Position numbers and translations under genes: made by a program. A stretch of DNA of 64,000 nucleotides from Minisyncoccia bacterium (GTDB taxonomy: Bacteria; Patescibacteriota; Minisyncoccia; Phycocordibacterales; UBA9973), in the NCBI GenBank assembly GCA_041737125.1, contig JBGSSJ010000012.1:2637-66636 (forward strand), in the 5' to 3' direction. Below, one piece after another: positions 28,896-40,185 of this stretch. Within the stretch, counting starts at the first letter, position 1. Each line of letters opens with the position of its first letter. The notes beneath the pieces were generated by a model. That model saw only the letters and a program-made list of their open reading frames with translations, did no database searches and had not been told where the DNA came from.

Positions 28896-29003
28896 ATGAT
28901 TTTTAATGCTAAAAATAAAAAGAGGATAGAGCGCACTTTTGCTGTAATCTCAATCATAGTTATCGTAAGTATGATTTTGCTTTACTTGCCTATCTTCCAG
29001 TAA
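28896..29003 (+). CDS. 35-aa single-TM microprotein
   Basis: MIFNAKNKKRIERTFAVISIIVIVSMILLYLPIFQ*; TATAAT (28884-28889) 6 nt upstream; fills the gap. Too short for the ORF track. Confidence 0.65.
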   Translation: MIFNAKNKKRIERTFAVISIIVIVSMILLYLPIFQ

Positions 29004-29005
29004 TA

Positions 29006-30802
29006 CTAACTGCCGCTTCGCATCATTTTTAGAAAGACATCATGAGAGATGTTTATTTTTCCTCTGCCTGCCATCTTCTTCTTACCTTTCTTCTGCTTCT
29101 CTCTTAGCTTCATTTTACGTGTTATGTCCCCTCCATACATGTGCTGGGTGACATCTTTCATGAAAGCACTGACTGACTCAGAAGAGATTATTCTTCCTAA
29201 GGCTTTACCTTGGATCTTAAATGCGAACTGCTGACGAGGTATAACCTTCTTTAATTTCTCTACTTGGCTCTTTGCATCTTCTTCTACACGACGTCTTGAT
29301 ACCACCCTTGTGAAAGCAACCATTGGTTCGTCGGCTACAAGTATATCTAGGCGCACTACATCGGCCGGCTTGTATTCACCTATATCATAAGAGATAGAAG
29401 CATAACCAGAAGTCAGACTTTTCAACTCGTCAAAGAAATCACGCATGAGTTCACGAAGTGGCATTTCCAAATCTATAGACGAGCGACTATCCCCGAAATT
29501 ATCTGTCATTTTTACTTCAGCTTCATGCTCATAAAAGAAAGGCATCAAGTTACTAACATACTTAGAAGGAACAATAATCTTCACATCCACCCATGGTTCG
29601 AAAACTTGCTTTATATTTCCATCATCCGGGAATAAGTGGGGGGAGTATATCATCTGTTCCTTATCATTCTTTAATATCACTTTATATGTAATTGAAGGCA
29701 TAGTCACCACAAGCTCTAAGTCGAATTCACGATTAAGTCTCTCCGTTACAATTTCTAGGTGAAGCATTCCTAGGAAACCACACCGAAATCCGCGACCTAG
29801 ACTACCTGAAGTTTCTTCTTCATATGAGAATGAAGAGTCAGAAAGTTTTAATCTAGAGAGAGCTTGCTTGAGTTCTGGGAAGTCGTCGGCAGACTCAGGA
29901 TATACTGATGCCCATACCACCGGGAAAGGGTTCATATACCCAGGAAGTGCAGGTAACGGGCGCTTTGTATACGTAATAGTGTCTCCGACAGATGCAATAC
30001 CGGGCTTTTTAATACCGGTTACAATATATCCAATCTCTCCACCATTAATTGTATCTCTTGGAAATTCTTCAGGAGAGAAAGTCCCCACCTCAAGTGAAAT
30101 AAACTTTTCATTTGAAATAGCAAAGAGGAGCGATTCACCTTTCTTGAAACTTCCATCTATCACACGCACATATACTATAACTCCGCGATGATTATCGTAT
30201 TTAAAGTCAAAGACAAGTGCTCTCCCTGAAGTACTCTCTTCTACAACGACTGGTGGTGGAATTCTTTTTACGAGTTCTGTAAGTAGATTATCTACTCCTT
30301 GGCCAGTCTTCCCAGATACTTCTAGTATTGTATCTGGATCTATATCTAGGAGTAGAGCGAGCTCCATTTTTACTTCATATACACGAGCAAGTGGTGAATC
30401 TACTTTCGAAAGTACTGGGATGATCACAAGCCCTGATTCGCGTGCCATACCTAGTGTAGTAAGTGTCTGTGCTTGGACTCCCTGAGTACAATCCACAAGA
30501 AGTATAGAGCCTTCTACGGCCTTAAGTGCACGCGAAACTTCATAAGAGAAGTCAATATGTCCTGGTGTATCAATAAGGTTTAGGATATATTTCTCTCCAT
30601 CAACGGTATACTCCATACGCACCGGCTGCATCTTGATAGTAATGCCACGTTCACGTTCGAGCTCCATGGAGTCGAGGACTTGGTCTTTCATTTTGCGTTT
30701 CTCTATAGTACCTGTAACTTCAAGCATACGGTCTGCCAGTGTTGATTTGCCGTGGTCAATATGAGCTATGATACTGAAATTTCTTATAGATTTAATATCC
30801 AT
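29006..30802 (-). CDS. lepA: Elongation factor 4
   Basis: IRNFSIIAHIDHGKSTLADR, DTPGHIDF, GFRCGFLGMLH, YGGDITRKMKL. Confidence 0.97.
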   Translation of the reverse strand: MDIKSIRNFSIIAHIDHGKSTLADRMLEVTGTIEKRKMKDQVLDSMELERERGITIKMQPVRMEYTVDGEKYILNLIDTPGHIDFSYEVSRALKAVEGSILLVDCTQGVQAQTLTTLGMARESGLVIIPVLSKVDSPLARVYEVKMELALLLDIDPDTILEVSGKTGQGVDNLLTELVKRIPPPVVVEESTSGRALVFDFKYDNHRGVIVYVRVIDGSFKKGESLLFAISNEKFISLEVGTFSPEEFPRDTINGGEIGYIVTGIKKPGIASVGDTITYTKRPLPALPGYMNPFPVVWASVYPESADDFPELKQALSRLKLSDSSFSYEEETSGSLGRGFRCGFLGMLHLEIVTERLNREFDLELVVTMPSITYKVILKNDKEQMIYSPHLFPDDGNIKQVFEPWVDVKIIVPSKYVSNLMPFFYEHEAEVKMTDNFGDSRSSIDLEMPLRELMRDFFDELKSLTSGYASISYDIGEYKPADVVRLDILVADEPMVAFTRVVSRRRVEEDAKSQVEKLKKVIPRQQFAFKIQGKALGRIISSESVSAFMKDVTQHMYGGDITRKMKLREKQKKGKKKMAGRGKINISHDVFLKMMRSGS

Positions 30803-30840
30803 AAATCTATACTAGCAGAAAAAGCCTTAAATTAAAAGGT

Positions 30841-32598
30841 TTAACTTATAAATCCTCCGACTTGATGATTCCACAAACTAGCATATTTACCACCTTTAGC
30901 TATAAGTTCTTTATGAGTTCCATTCTCTATAATATGCCCTTCTTCGAGGACCAATATTCTGTCCATCTTCTGAATCGTAGAGAGGCGGTGAGCTATAACA
31001 ATAGTAGTTTTACCTTTCATAAGTTCTGCTAATGCTTCCTGGATATACTTTTCACTGACGCTATCAAGGGCACTTGTAGCTTCATCGAGTATAAGAACTG
31101 GCGCATTTTTAATCATTGCACGAGCTATAGCCACACGTTGGCGCTCACCACCAGAGAGCTTCACTCCGCGCTCACCGACATATGTATCATATCCATTACT
31201 TAATCTTTCTATAAATTCCGAAGCATAGGCTTTCTTCGCGACTTCTCTTACTTCTTCATCTGTTGCGTCTTGTTTACCGTAAGCAATATTCTCGCGAATT
31301 GTTCTATGAAATAGAACTGATTCTTGTGGCACATATGATATAACACTACGCAAATCATCTTGAGTAATGTTACGAATATCCTGTCCGTCGATAGTAATAG
31401 ATCCCTTCGATACATCCATAAATCGCAATATTAAGTTTATGATTGTGGACTTCCCTGCTCCAGAGTGACCTACTATGCCGATGCGCTCACCCGGCTTGAT
31501 ATCCAAATCAAAGTTATGTAACACAGGCTTGCCATTCTCATAAATGAAATCTACCTTGTCGAATACAAGATGCCCTTCCTTTATCTTTACTTCTTCTGGA
31601 TTTTCAGGATCTTTAATTTCTAATTTTGTATCAAATATATCTACTACTTCTTTCATGTCAGAAGCATGCTTCATAAATCTAGTAAGAGAATTACCTAGAT
31701 TCCACAGACGTTCCGCTATCATTATTAGATAAGTTTGCACTAAAACAACAGTTCCAGTACTCATCTCATTCTTGAGCCATAAATTTACTGTTATATATAG
31801 CATGGCACTTTGGAAAATAAAAACCAACATTGACTGTATAAAATCAATTCTATTCCCGAAGAACCATGATTTTTTAGCTTTTGTAGCAGCATCGTCCGTC
31901 AAATCTTTAAAAGAAGCTTCCTCTTTTTTACCTGCTGAGAAAATCTTTACAGCTAAAATATTACCAAAAACATCAGCCAACCTTCCTCCTATCTTGGAAT
32001 CAGCTTGTGCTTCTATGAAATCATATTTCATTTTACGTCTTACGAAAAACAACACCACGCCTATAAAAACAATAATAAATGATAGGAATAGCAAGGTTAT
32101 AGATAGTGAACTCTCAAATAAAACAATAAAAATCGCAATAAAAGATATAAGAACACTCCAAAAATCATAGATAAAAATATCATACATTGTCTCGAATGAT
32201 GAAGAGAACTTGCGAGATTTGGTTACAAGACTGCCAGAAAAATTATTAGAGAAAAAAGATTGAGAATGACCTTGAATCTTTTTAAAAGTAAAATTCCGAA
32301 GCTCCCTTGCTACATTAATCTCAAACCATAGATGTAGGTGCTTCGCACCTCGACCTATTAAATGAGCAACTAAGTTTAAAAGAATGATCAAGATAATTAA
32401 GTTTAAAAGAGGAGTAGAGTATATACTTCTCTCTAATGTATCTATTGAAATAATATCAATAATCTTCTTAAAATAAAAAGGGCGTATTATGTCTACTACT
32501 GTTCTTACAGCAAAAATAAAAAGTAAAGAGAAAAATACGAGTTTATATTTTCGCATTTGAGGCCAGACGTATTTAAATATACCTTTAAATAAGGACAT
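30841..32598 (-). CDS. ABC exporter, fused permease/ATPase
   Basis: TM domain, GHSGAGKS, LSGGERQR, ILDEATSALD. Confidence 0.92.
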   Translation of the reverse strand: MSLFKGIFKYVWPQMRKYKLVFFSLLFIFAVRTVVDIIRPFYFKKIIDIISIDTLERSIYSTPLLNLIILIILLNLVAHLIGRGAKHLHLWFEINVARELRNFTFKKIQGHSQSFFSNNFSGSLVTKSRKFSSSFETMYDIFIYDFWSVLISFIAIFIVLFESSLSITLLFLSFIIVFIGVVLFFVRRKMKYDFIEAQADSKIGGRLADVFGNILAVKIFSAGKKEEASFKDLTDDAATKAKKSWFFGNRIDFIQSMLVFIFQSAMLYITVNLWLKNEMSTGTVVLVQTYLIMIAERLWNLGNSLTRFMKHASDMKEVVDIFDTKLEIKDPENPEEVKIKEGHLVFDKVDFIYENGKPVLHNFDLDIKPGERIGIVGHSGAGKSTIINLILRFMDVSKGSITIDGQDIRNITQDDLRSVISYVPQESVLFHRTIRENIAYGKQDATDEEVREVAKKAYASEFIERLSNGYDTYVGERGVKLSGGERQRVAIARAMIKNAPVLILDEATSALDSVSEKYIQEALAELMKGKTTIVIAHRLSTIQKMDRILVLEEGHIIENGTHKELIAKGGKYASLWNHQVGGFIS

Positions 32599-32638
32599 TT
32601 TGTTATATTAGCAGAAAATACTAAGTAATAAAAGGCTC

Positions 32639-34327
32639 TTAAAGGACCCCTTGCTCCGGAGCAACTACGCGCTCACGCCAGAACTTATGACTAAGAGCAG
32701 CTACAAGGTCTGCTAATTCTTTATTTTTCATCATGGTAAGGGTAAATATACCAAAGCTAATTCCTATTAATCCTGAAAGGAAGCCTTGCATGAACACACC
32801 AAAACCAGTAGATAGTGTAAACACATCATCCAAAATACCCAAGGCTACATATGAAGCAAGCCCCATAATGAAAGAACTTACAAAGCTCTGGAAAAATGTT
32901 GTATATATGCCAGAACATTTTTTCTCCAAGAAATCTTTTTTGAAAAATACCCACAACAAAAATAGATTAAGTAATGATCCACAAGCGTAAGCAAGTGGAA
33001 GAGCAAGCATCATTGTGCCTGGCACATCGGTCACACGTAGTAGGGCTTCTATTTCAGTTAATACATACGGATTACTTTTGAATATATATAAGAATAGATA
33101 GGCGAAGACAATAATCATAAATGAGGAAATGATATTTAGGAATAATGGCTTCTTCGTATTACCTGTCGCATAGTAACCTCGGACGAATAGTAGCACCAAA
33201 CTCTGTGACACGAGTGATATTATGAAGAGCGCGGCGGCCGCCGCTGTAAGCCTTGTGTCTGCCCAACTAAATGTCTCAGATCCCAAAACTACACGCACTA
33301 TCTGAGCACGAAGCACTATCATAAGAGTAATCACAGGTAGTGACCAAAATATAATCTGACGAGTCGCAGAGATAATATGCTTGATAAAGCTTTCCATGTC
33401 CTTCATAGAGAAAGATTTTACAAGCACAGGAAAAGCAGCGACAGAATAAGATATACCTATTATTCCTACAGGTACTGATTGTAAATTGTAAGAGAAAGTA
33501 AAAAGTGATATAGTCCCGTCTTTCAAAGTAGAAGCCATAGCAATGAGAACTACGAAAGCCAAGCTATTACAAGATAGTGCCAGAGTCCTTGGTGCGGATA
33601 ACTTTATAACTTGTACCACTTCCTTCCAATTTATACTGGAGATAAATTTAGGGAAGAATCCATGTTTAATCACAACAGGTATCTGTATAAGTAAATGCAT
33701 GATAGCACCGATAATTACACCCATAGCTAAACCATATACACCCCATATTGGATAGATGAATATAATCCCAACCAAAATACCAACATTATAGAGTATAGGC
33801 GACAAAGAGAAGACAAAGAAATTTTTGAAAAGCTGTGTAACAGTACCGATAAGATTCGAAAGCCCTATGAATATAGGAGAAAGCAACATTATGCGACTAG
33901 TAGTCACAAGTAGATCAAACTGACTCTCAGTAAAACCAGGGGCAATGAATTTCGCTATGTAAGGCATAAGTATAGCGACAACCACACTAATACCCACCAT
34001 GAAAATCATATAAACACTGAAAATATTATTCAAGAACTTCTTAGCATAATTTTCTCCATCTGGACCATTATGAATTTTGTCCACCAGAAACGGCATCAGC
34101 ACTGTAATAGATGCAAGTGATGCAACGGATATATATAGGAAGTCAGGAATACGGAAAGCAGCATAATATATATCAAGAGTAGGCCCAGCTCCTATGATGT
34201 GAGCAAGTGTTCTATCACGAACAAGACCAAGTAATTGTGATATAAATGCGAAACTACCAAGCAAGAGTGCAGCCTCATTCACTCCATGGAATTCTTTATT
34301 CAGAAATGTCAGTATCTTCTTTACCAT
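32639..34327 (-). CDS. murJ: Lipid II flippase MurJ
   Basis: SQLLGLVRD, YYAAFRIPD, PILYNVG; multi-TM MOP fold. Confidence 0.92.
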   Translation of the reverse strand: MVKKILTFLNKEFHGVNEAALLLGSFAFISQLLGLVRDRTLAHIIGAGPTLDIYYAAFRIPDFLYISVASLASITVLMPFLVDKIHNGPDGENYAKKFLNNIFSVYMIFMVGISVVVAILMPYIAKFIAPGFTESQFDLLVTTSRIMLLSPIFIGLSNLIGTVTQLFKNFFVFSLSPILYNVGILVGIIFIYPIWGVYGLAMGVIIGAIMHLLIQIPVVIKHGFFPKFISSINWKEVVQVIKLSAPRTLALSCNSLAFVVLIAMASTLKDGTISLFTFSYNLQSVPVGIIGISYSVAAFPVLVKSFSMKDMESFIKHIISATRQIIFWSLPVITLMIVLRAQIVRVVLGSETFSWADTRLTAAAAALFIISLVSQSLVLLFVRGYYATGNTKKPLFLNIISSFMIIVFAYLFLYIFKSNPYVLTEIEALLRVTDVPGTMMLALPLAYACGSLLNLFLLWVFFKKDFLEKKCSGIYTTFFQSFVSSFIMGLASYVALGILDDVFTLSTGFGVFMQGFLSGLIGISFGIFTLTMMKNKELADLVAALSHKFWRERVVAPEQGVL

Positions 34328-34333
34328 TTACTA

Positions 34334-36691
34334 TTATTGTTGGCCTTGTAATGGTAATTTGGCTGGTTGTTTTGCGGCTTCCTTTTTATCTTCTGTTTTT
34401 TCTTCTGTAGGTGCTACAACTGGATTATCTATGGATTTAATAGCATTCTTTATTTCTTCATTGTCAGGAATAATCTTGGCTAGAATTTCGTACTGTGCGA
34501 GTGCATCACTCTTACGTCCTACTTTAGAGTAAGATTGTCCCAACAAGAATCTAGCATTTAGATAAGTTGGATCTAGTATTACAGCTTGTTCGAAAGCTCC
34601 AATAGCTTCTTGGTATTGTGAGTTATTTGAACGTAGTAAACCTAATCTGAAGAATATAGTTGGATCATTTGGGTTTACTTGAGCTGCTCTCTCAGCCTGC
34701 TTTATGGCCCCAGCCAAGTTCCCTTCATTAGTTTCTATCTGAGCAAGAAGGAATATAGCATCAGTATAGTTTGGCTTAAGAGTTAGAGCTTCATTTATAT
34801 ATCTACGAGCTTCTGTATTATTTTTATTTATAATTTCTAGAGCTGCTTTAGATAGTAAGATGGAAGGATTATGAGGAGCGAGTTTTTGCGCACTAGTATA
34901 AGCAGATAGAGCTTTATCATAACTACCCTCTATAGCAAGCGGCACGAGAGAACTATACATATTACCCAAATTAACATGATTTATATATTGATTTGGATTC
35001 TGTCTCACAGCAAGTATAGCAGACTGTTCGGCTAGATTTACTAATCTCTGAATATTGGACTTCAAGAGATCTTCAGAAACATTCTTCTCATTTAATTGAA
35101 GACCTATGTGATTGACATATATACCAGAGATAGTTCTGTAGTAAATATCATTCTCATCTAGACGTATAGCACTACCAAGCAATTGCTCACCTTTTACCAA
35201 AGATTCTATTGTATTATTTACTGTTGAACCTTTTGAGAAATAAGCTATAGAGATGAATTTCTCTGTATAAACATATGCAGTGGCAAGCGTTAATACCATG
35301 AGACACATAATTCCAAGGATTGAGAAGAAGCTATGGCGTGGATCACCTAAGAAAGAAAATTCTCTTACTTTTATTAATTGAGCTTGTACCATCAACCCTA
35401 TTAATATTCCACTTGATACAAATGCAATTGAAAATATTACTATACTAGGAGTATAGAATATAATAGTGAACCACGAATAGATTGCAGTGATGAAAGTTAT
35501 GAATGTAAAATAATTCGACGAAGTACTATTGAACATGTTACGGAATGACTTAGCGCTTCTCTTTATGAGAACACCTAGGAAAAGTAACCATGAGAGTATA
35601 CCTACAATACCAACAGTCGCAGCGAAAGTCATAAGTGAACTAAAGCCATTATTAAAATCTATATTCCAGTATTGAGAAAGTACGACTTCTTTTGGTTGCC
35701 ATAGCGCCCAGTTATGCACAAAAGTATTTGGCCCTGTACCGAAGAATGGATTGTGCTTAATGGCTTCAAGTGCAATACCAGATGTAGTAGACACAAGTGG
35801 CCTCACAACTAAGTTTGGTATATTTATATACTGTGAAGTAAAACTATATATAGGATTATTTGCGAATATAAATAGTAAAGATAATAATATTACAACAAGA
35901 GTAGTAAATGGAAATCTCTTCTTGTTCTCAGTAGAGACATTATTATCTTGCGATTGTTGTATTGACACTTTATATACGAACAAGACTAGAGCAAACAATC
36001 CAATCATAATCCAAACAATCGAGAAATTAATGATTACAAGGAAGAATAAACCAGATACTAACAAGAAGTACTGTAGGAACAACATAAAACCCTTATTTTT
36101 CATAAATTCAATCGTAAACAGTACAAGTAATATAATCAATCCAAAGAATAATCCGAAATCATTCCAAGAACCGAACAAGTTGCCATTTGATACACCACTT
36201 AGCAAACCCGGGGCAAATCGATCAAAACCTATAAAGATATGGACCAACTCAAATACAGATAGTATTGTCGCGCCCAAGAAAAGTAACATGTAGAAATACC
36301 ACAACCTTTTCTCTTTTTGGAAATGAACAGAAGATAGGAAGAACAGTATGAAAAGTACAAGCATTGAGCTAGCAGTACCTACTTCAAACCCACTACCAAA
36401 GATCGATATATACTTAGATGAGGAGAAAAAAGATGCAATCAAAAATACGACAGGTATAGCCCCTGCAAATAACAAAATATTATCTTTAGGCAAAGAGAAC
36501 TTACCTTCACCTAAACGTGCCATAAGCCAGAATGCTAAAGAAAGGACCGCTCCTATAGATAATAGGAAACCCTTATTTGCATCGAGGGTAATCGGTACAT
36601 AAGGTATGAATAAGAATAATGACAAGAACAATGTTCCAAGAATTGTCCCAAATGATAATTTATCGAATAATTCAACTTTTTTAGATTCCAT
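34334..36691 (-). CDS. O-antigen-ligase-like membrane protein with C-terminal TPRs
   Basis: About 12 TM segments, PFFGTGPNTF motif, several TPRs. Confidence 0.75.
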   Translation of the reverse strand: MESKKVELFDKLSFGTILGTLFLSLFLFIPYVPITLDANKGFLLSIGAVLSLAFWLMARLGEGKFSLPKDNILLFAGAIPVVFLIASFFSSSKYISIFGSGFEVGTASSMLVLFILFFLSSVHFQKEKRLWYFYMLLFLGATILSVFELVHIFIGFDRFAPGLLSGVSNGNLFGSWNDFGLFFGLIILLVLFTIEFMKNKGFMLFLQYFLLVSGLFFLVIINFSIVWIMIGLFALVLFVYKVSIQQSQDNNVSTENKKRFPFTTLVVILLSLLFIFANNPIYSFTSQYINIPNLVVRPLVSTTSGIALEAIKHNPFFGTGPNTFVHNWALWQPKEVVLSQYWNIDFNNGFSSLMTFAATVGIVGILSWLLFLGVLIKRSAKSFRNMFNSTSSNYFTFITFITAIYSWFTIIFYTPSIVIFSIAFVSSGILIGLMVQAQLIKVREFSFLGDPRHSFFSILGIMCLMVLTLATAYVYTEKFISIAYFSKGSTVNNTIESLVKGEQLLGSAIRLDENDIYYRTISGIYVNHIGLQLNEKNVSEDLLKSNIQRLVNLAEQSAILAVRQNPNQYINHVNLGNMYSSLVPLAIEGSYDKALSAYTSAQKLAPHNPSILLSKAALEIINKNNTEARRYINEALTLKPNYTDAIFLLAQIETNEGNLAGAIKQAERAAQVNPNDPTIFFRLGLLRSNNSQYQEAIGAFEQAVILDPTYLNARFLLGQSYSKVGRKSDALAQYEILAKIIPDNEEIKNAIKSIDNPVVAPTEEKTEDKKEAAKQPAKLPLQGQQ

Positions 36692-36744
36692 AATTTTATA
36701 AAAATATAATAATAATTAATTATACCTAAATAGCCTCAATAAAG

Positions 36745-39576
36745 CTATACCACGATATTCACCAACCTCCCTTTCACATATATAACCCTCTTTACTTCCC
36801 TACCTTCTATCCATGGCATTATTACCTTGTCTTCTAATGCTTGTTTTTTGATTATTTCTTCATTCATATCTGAGTCTATCATCATCTCTGTACGCACTTT
36901 ACCATTAACTTGAACAACTATTTTGAAATTGCTGTCTATAACTTTCTTCTTATCCCACTTTGGCCACTTCGAGACATGTATGGATTTCTTACTAATCCAA
37001 AGCTCTTCAGTTATATGCGGAGCGAATGGTGAGAGTATCTGCAGAAATAATTCAAAATCTTTCTTTGATATACTTTTCGTCTTCTCTACTTCATTAATGA
37101 AAACCATCATTGCAGATATAGCAGTATTGAAACTCATAGACTCAATATCTTCTGTAACTTTCTTGATTGTTTTATGGAGAAGTGTTTCTAATTCTTTATC
37201 CGTCTTACTTGCAAAACTATTACCACTAATACGCCAAACTTTCTCCAAGAATCTTCTGGAGCCTATAATACTCTCAGTACTCCAGGACACTGCTTGATCG
37301 AATGGCCCTATGAACATCTCATATATACGTAAAGTATCAGCCCCGTATAGCTTTACTATATCTTTCGGGTCAATTGTATTACCTACTGATTTAGACATTT
37401 TTACTCCTCCCTCGGCAAGTATCATGCCATGGGAAGTGCGCTTCATATATGGCTCACTTGTAGGGACAAGCTTCAAATCATATAAGAACTTATGCCAGAA
37501 GCGAGAGTACAGTAAGTGCAGTGTCGTATGCTCCATACCACCGTTATACCAATCTACACCATTCTTCATCCAAGCCCGGAGAGCCTTCTTTGATGCGAGT
37601 TCTTTATTATTCTTCGGATCTGTGTACCTTAGGAAGTACCATGAGCTCCCTGCCCAGTTCGGCATTGTGTCAGTCTCCCTTTTGGCTTTGCCTTTACACT
37701 TTGGGCACTTTGTATTGACCCATTTATGCATGATAGCAAGTGGACTCTCGCCATTATCTGTTGGCACATAAGACTTCACTTTTGGTAAAGTTACCGGTAA
37801 ATCTTTCTCTGGTACAGGGACATAACCGCACTTTTCGCAGTGTATTATAGGTATTGGTTCACCCCAGTACCTCTGACGGGAGAATATCCAATCACGAAGT
37901 TTGTATTTTGTTACAATTTTACCACCAACTGCTTTCGTAATTTCTTTTTGAGCATCTACGTTTGATAAATCATTAAACTTACCGGAATTCACTAATATAC
38001 CTTCGTTTGTATAAGCTTGATCTTTCCCCAACATATTATTCCAGAAAATTACAGCTTCCTCTTTATCGATAATTTTTTCTACTTCTTCTTTAGTAAGCCA
38101 TACTATGTCATGTAAATTCTTCTCATTGTCACTTGTATCTTCTTTCTTTCCATCTATTAATTCAAAATATGCTCCTACTACATTTGCCCATCTATTCTCT
38201 TTTTTGTGAGGTGCATAGAATTGTGCATGAGCTCTACCCAATGTACTTATGAATTTTATATTCTGGTATCCAGTTTCTTCTCTTATTTCACGAGCACCAG
38301 CAATATGAGGATCTTCACCATCAGTTCCACCTATTACGAAAGTCTTCCAATTCTGAGTCTTCCACATTAAGCACAGATACTTATCTTCTGACCAATGCTT
38401 CACTATAGATACAATAGTATCTCTTTTTACAAAAGGTTGATCTTTCCTTATTGCACTCTCACCTTCAGTTGTTATAAAAAGTGGGGCGACAACTTGGCGA
38501 ATCTCTTGATTATATTTCTTCGCAAATAGGAAATCACGTTCATCGTGTGCAGGCACAGCCATAACAGCACCAGTACCATAATTCACCAATACATAATCTG
38601 CAATCCATACAGGTACTTCTTCCCAATTTGCAGGATTTATAGCTTTAATACCTTTCACTTCAACCCCAGTCTTTTCTTTGTCTTCTGCGGTGCGATCGAG
38701 TTCTGACTTTTTCTTTACATCTAAAATATATTTCTCTACTTCATTCCAATTTGAAATTTGTGGTTTCAGTTTATTAACTAATTCATGTTCAGGTGCAAGA
38801 ACAACATAGGTCACACCAAAAAGTGTATCGGCTCTTGTTGTAAATACTTTAATTTTCTCTGGAGAATTTTTTATAGAAAATTCTATTTCACTTCCTTCAC
38901 TCTTCCCTATCCAGTTCCTTTGTTGAATTTTTATCTTCTCTAAATAATCCACATCATCTAGATCTTTATCTAGTCTATCTGCATACTTAGTAATGGCTAG
39001 CATCCATTGCTCTTTCTCCCTCTTCTCTGTATCTCCACCACAGCGCTCACATTTGCCATTTACCACTTCTTCATTGGCAAGGCCTATCTTACAATTCAAG
39101 CACCAGTTTATAAAGGTCTTCGACTTATAAGCCAAACCCTTTTTATACATTTGAAGGAAGATCCACTGTGTCCACTTATAATATTTCGGATCAGTAGTAT
39201 TTACTTCACGTGACCAGTCGAAAGAGAATCCAATGGATTTAAGTTGCTTACGGAACATATCAGTATTCTGTTTGGTTACTTTCTCTGGCTGTATACCTGT
39301 CTTTATTGCGTAATTCTCTGTAGGTAAGCCGAAGGCATCCCAGCCTATTGGGTAGAGAACGTTGTAGCCTTCCATTCTGCGCTTCCTTGAAATTATATCC
39401 ATCGCAGTATTCGAGCGTATGTGGCCCACATGAAGTCCCGCTCCAGATGGGTATGGGAATTCTATAAGTCCGTAGAACCTTTTACCTTTGCCTCCGTTCT
39501 TTGCATGATAAATTTTCTTTTTATCCCAAGCCGCTTGATGTTTCTTTTCAATTTTATTATGGTCGTAGTTTTTCAT
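36745..39576 (-). CDS. leuS: Leucine--tRNA ligase with inserted Nudix-like domain
   Basis: FPYPSGAGLHVGH, GWDAFGLP, VFTTRADT, GTGAVMAVPAHD, KMSKS; insert containing GG...AGAREIREETGY. Confidence 0.96.
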   Translation of the reverse strand: MKNYDHNKIEKKHQAAWDKKKIYHAKNGGKGKRFYGLIEFPYPSGAGLHVGHIRSNTAMDIISRKRRMEGYNVLYPIGWDAFGLPTENYAIKTGIQPEKVTKQNTDMFRKQLKSIGFSFDWSREVNTTDPKYYKWTQWIFLQMYKKGLAYKSKTFINWCLNCKIGLANEEVVNGKCERCGGDTEKREKEQWMLAITKYADRLDKDLDDVDYLEKIKIQQRNWIGKSEGSEIEFSIKNSPEKIKVFTTRADTLFGVTYVVLAPEHELVNKLKPQISNWNEVEKYILDVKKKSELDRTAEDKEKTGVEVKGIKAINPANWEEVPVWIADYVLVNYGTGAVMAVPAHDERDFLFAKKYNQEIRQVVAPLFITTEGESAIRKDQPFVKRDTIVSIVKHWSEDKYLCLMWKTQNWKTFVIGGTDGEDPHIAGAREIREETGYQNIKFISTLGRAHAQFYAPHKKENRWANVVGAYFELIDGKKEDTSDNEKNLHDIVWLTKEEVEKIIDKEEAVIFWNNMLGKDQAYTNEGILVNSGKFNDLSNVDAQKEITKAVGGKIVTKYKLRDWIFSRQRYWGEPIPIIHCEKCGYVPVPEKDLPVTLPKVKSYVPTDNGESPLAIMHKWVNTKCPKCKGKAKRETDTMPNWAGSSWYFLRYTDPKNNKELASKKALRAWMKNGVDWYNGGMEHTTLHLLYSRFWHKFLYDLKLVPTSEPYMKRTSHGMILAEGGVKMSKSVGNTIDPKDIVKLYGADTLRIYEMFIGPFDQAVSWSTESIIGSRRFLEKVWRISGNSFASKTDKELETLLHKTIKKVTEDIESMSFNTAISAMMVFINEVEKTKSISKKDFELFLQILSPFAPHITEELWISKKSIHVSKWPKWDKKKVIDSNFKIVVQVNGKVRTEMMIDSDMNEEIIKKQALEDKVIMPWIEGREVKRVIYVKGRLVNIVV

Positions 39577-39584
39577 AGAAAATC

Positions 39585-40142
39585 TTATTTATTAAACTTC
39601 TTTACTGCAAGCCATATGAGTAAACCAAGAGCGATACCAAGTATTGCGACTTTGGATAATCTATCTGCAAGTGACCAGTAGCGCATAGAAGCAATAATAA
39701 GGGATAATACCCCACCCCAAGCAAAAGCTACAGATAGTATAGAAATAGTGATGAATCCAGTCGAAACTATAAGGAATACTCCAAAAATAATCAGAGTGAT
39801 GAAAACTTTCTTCTCATAAGATTCACGAGCTTTGTCATAATTCAACTGATTCGTATAATTAGAATTACAATAACCATCTATTGTAGTTTTACCTTTTTCA
39901 TTAGGATAAGCATTCTCTGTCCACTGTCCTCCAGCAGAGACGCATTTATCTTTCGTTTTTATCTCTTCTACTACTTGGGCTGGCTTTATGTAATCCTCAT
40001 AAACTGGCTCTTTATACACCAGAGAAACAGTATAATTTGCAAATAAATTTATAACAATAATAATAGCGAAAATTATTGAAACATGAACGAACCTCGGTGT
40101 CTTCTTTTCTATTATTTGATTTTGATTTATTTGTGTATCCAT
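39585..40142 (-). CDS. Hypothetical membrane protein
   Basis: Four TM segments and an extracellular loop with CVSAGGQW...GYC. Confidence 0.8.
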   Translation of the reverse strand: MDTQINQNQIIEKKTPRFVHVSIIFAIIIVINLFANYTVSLVYKEPVYEDYIKPAQVVEEIKTKDKCVSAGGQWTENAYPNEKGKTTIDGYCNSNYTNQLNYDKARESYEKKVFITLIIFGVFLIVSTGFITISILSVAFAWGGVLSLIIASMRYWSLADRLSKVAILGIALGLLIWLAVKKFNK

Positions 40143-40185
40143 AATCTGGATTATATCAGAAAATTAGTATATAATATAGCCTATT

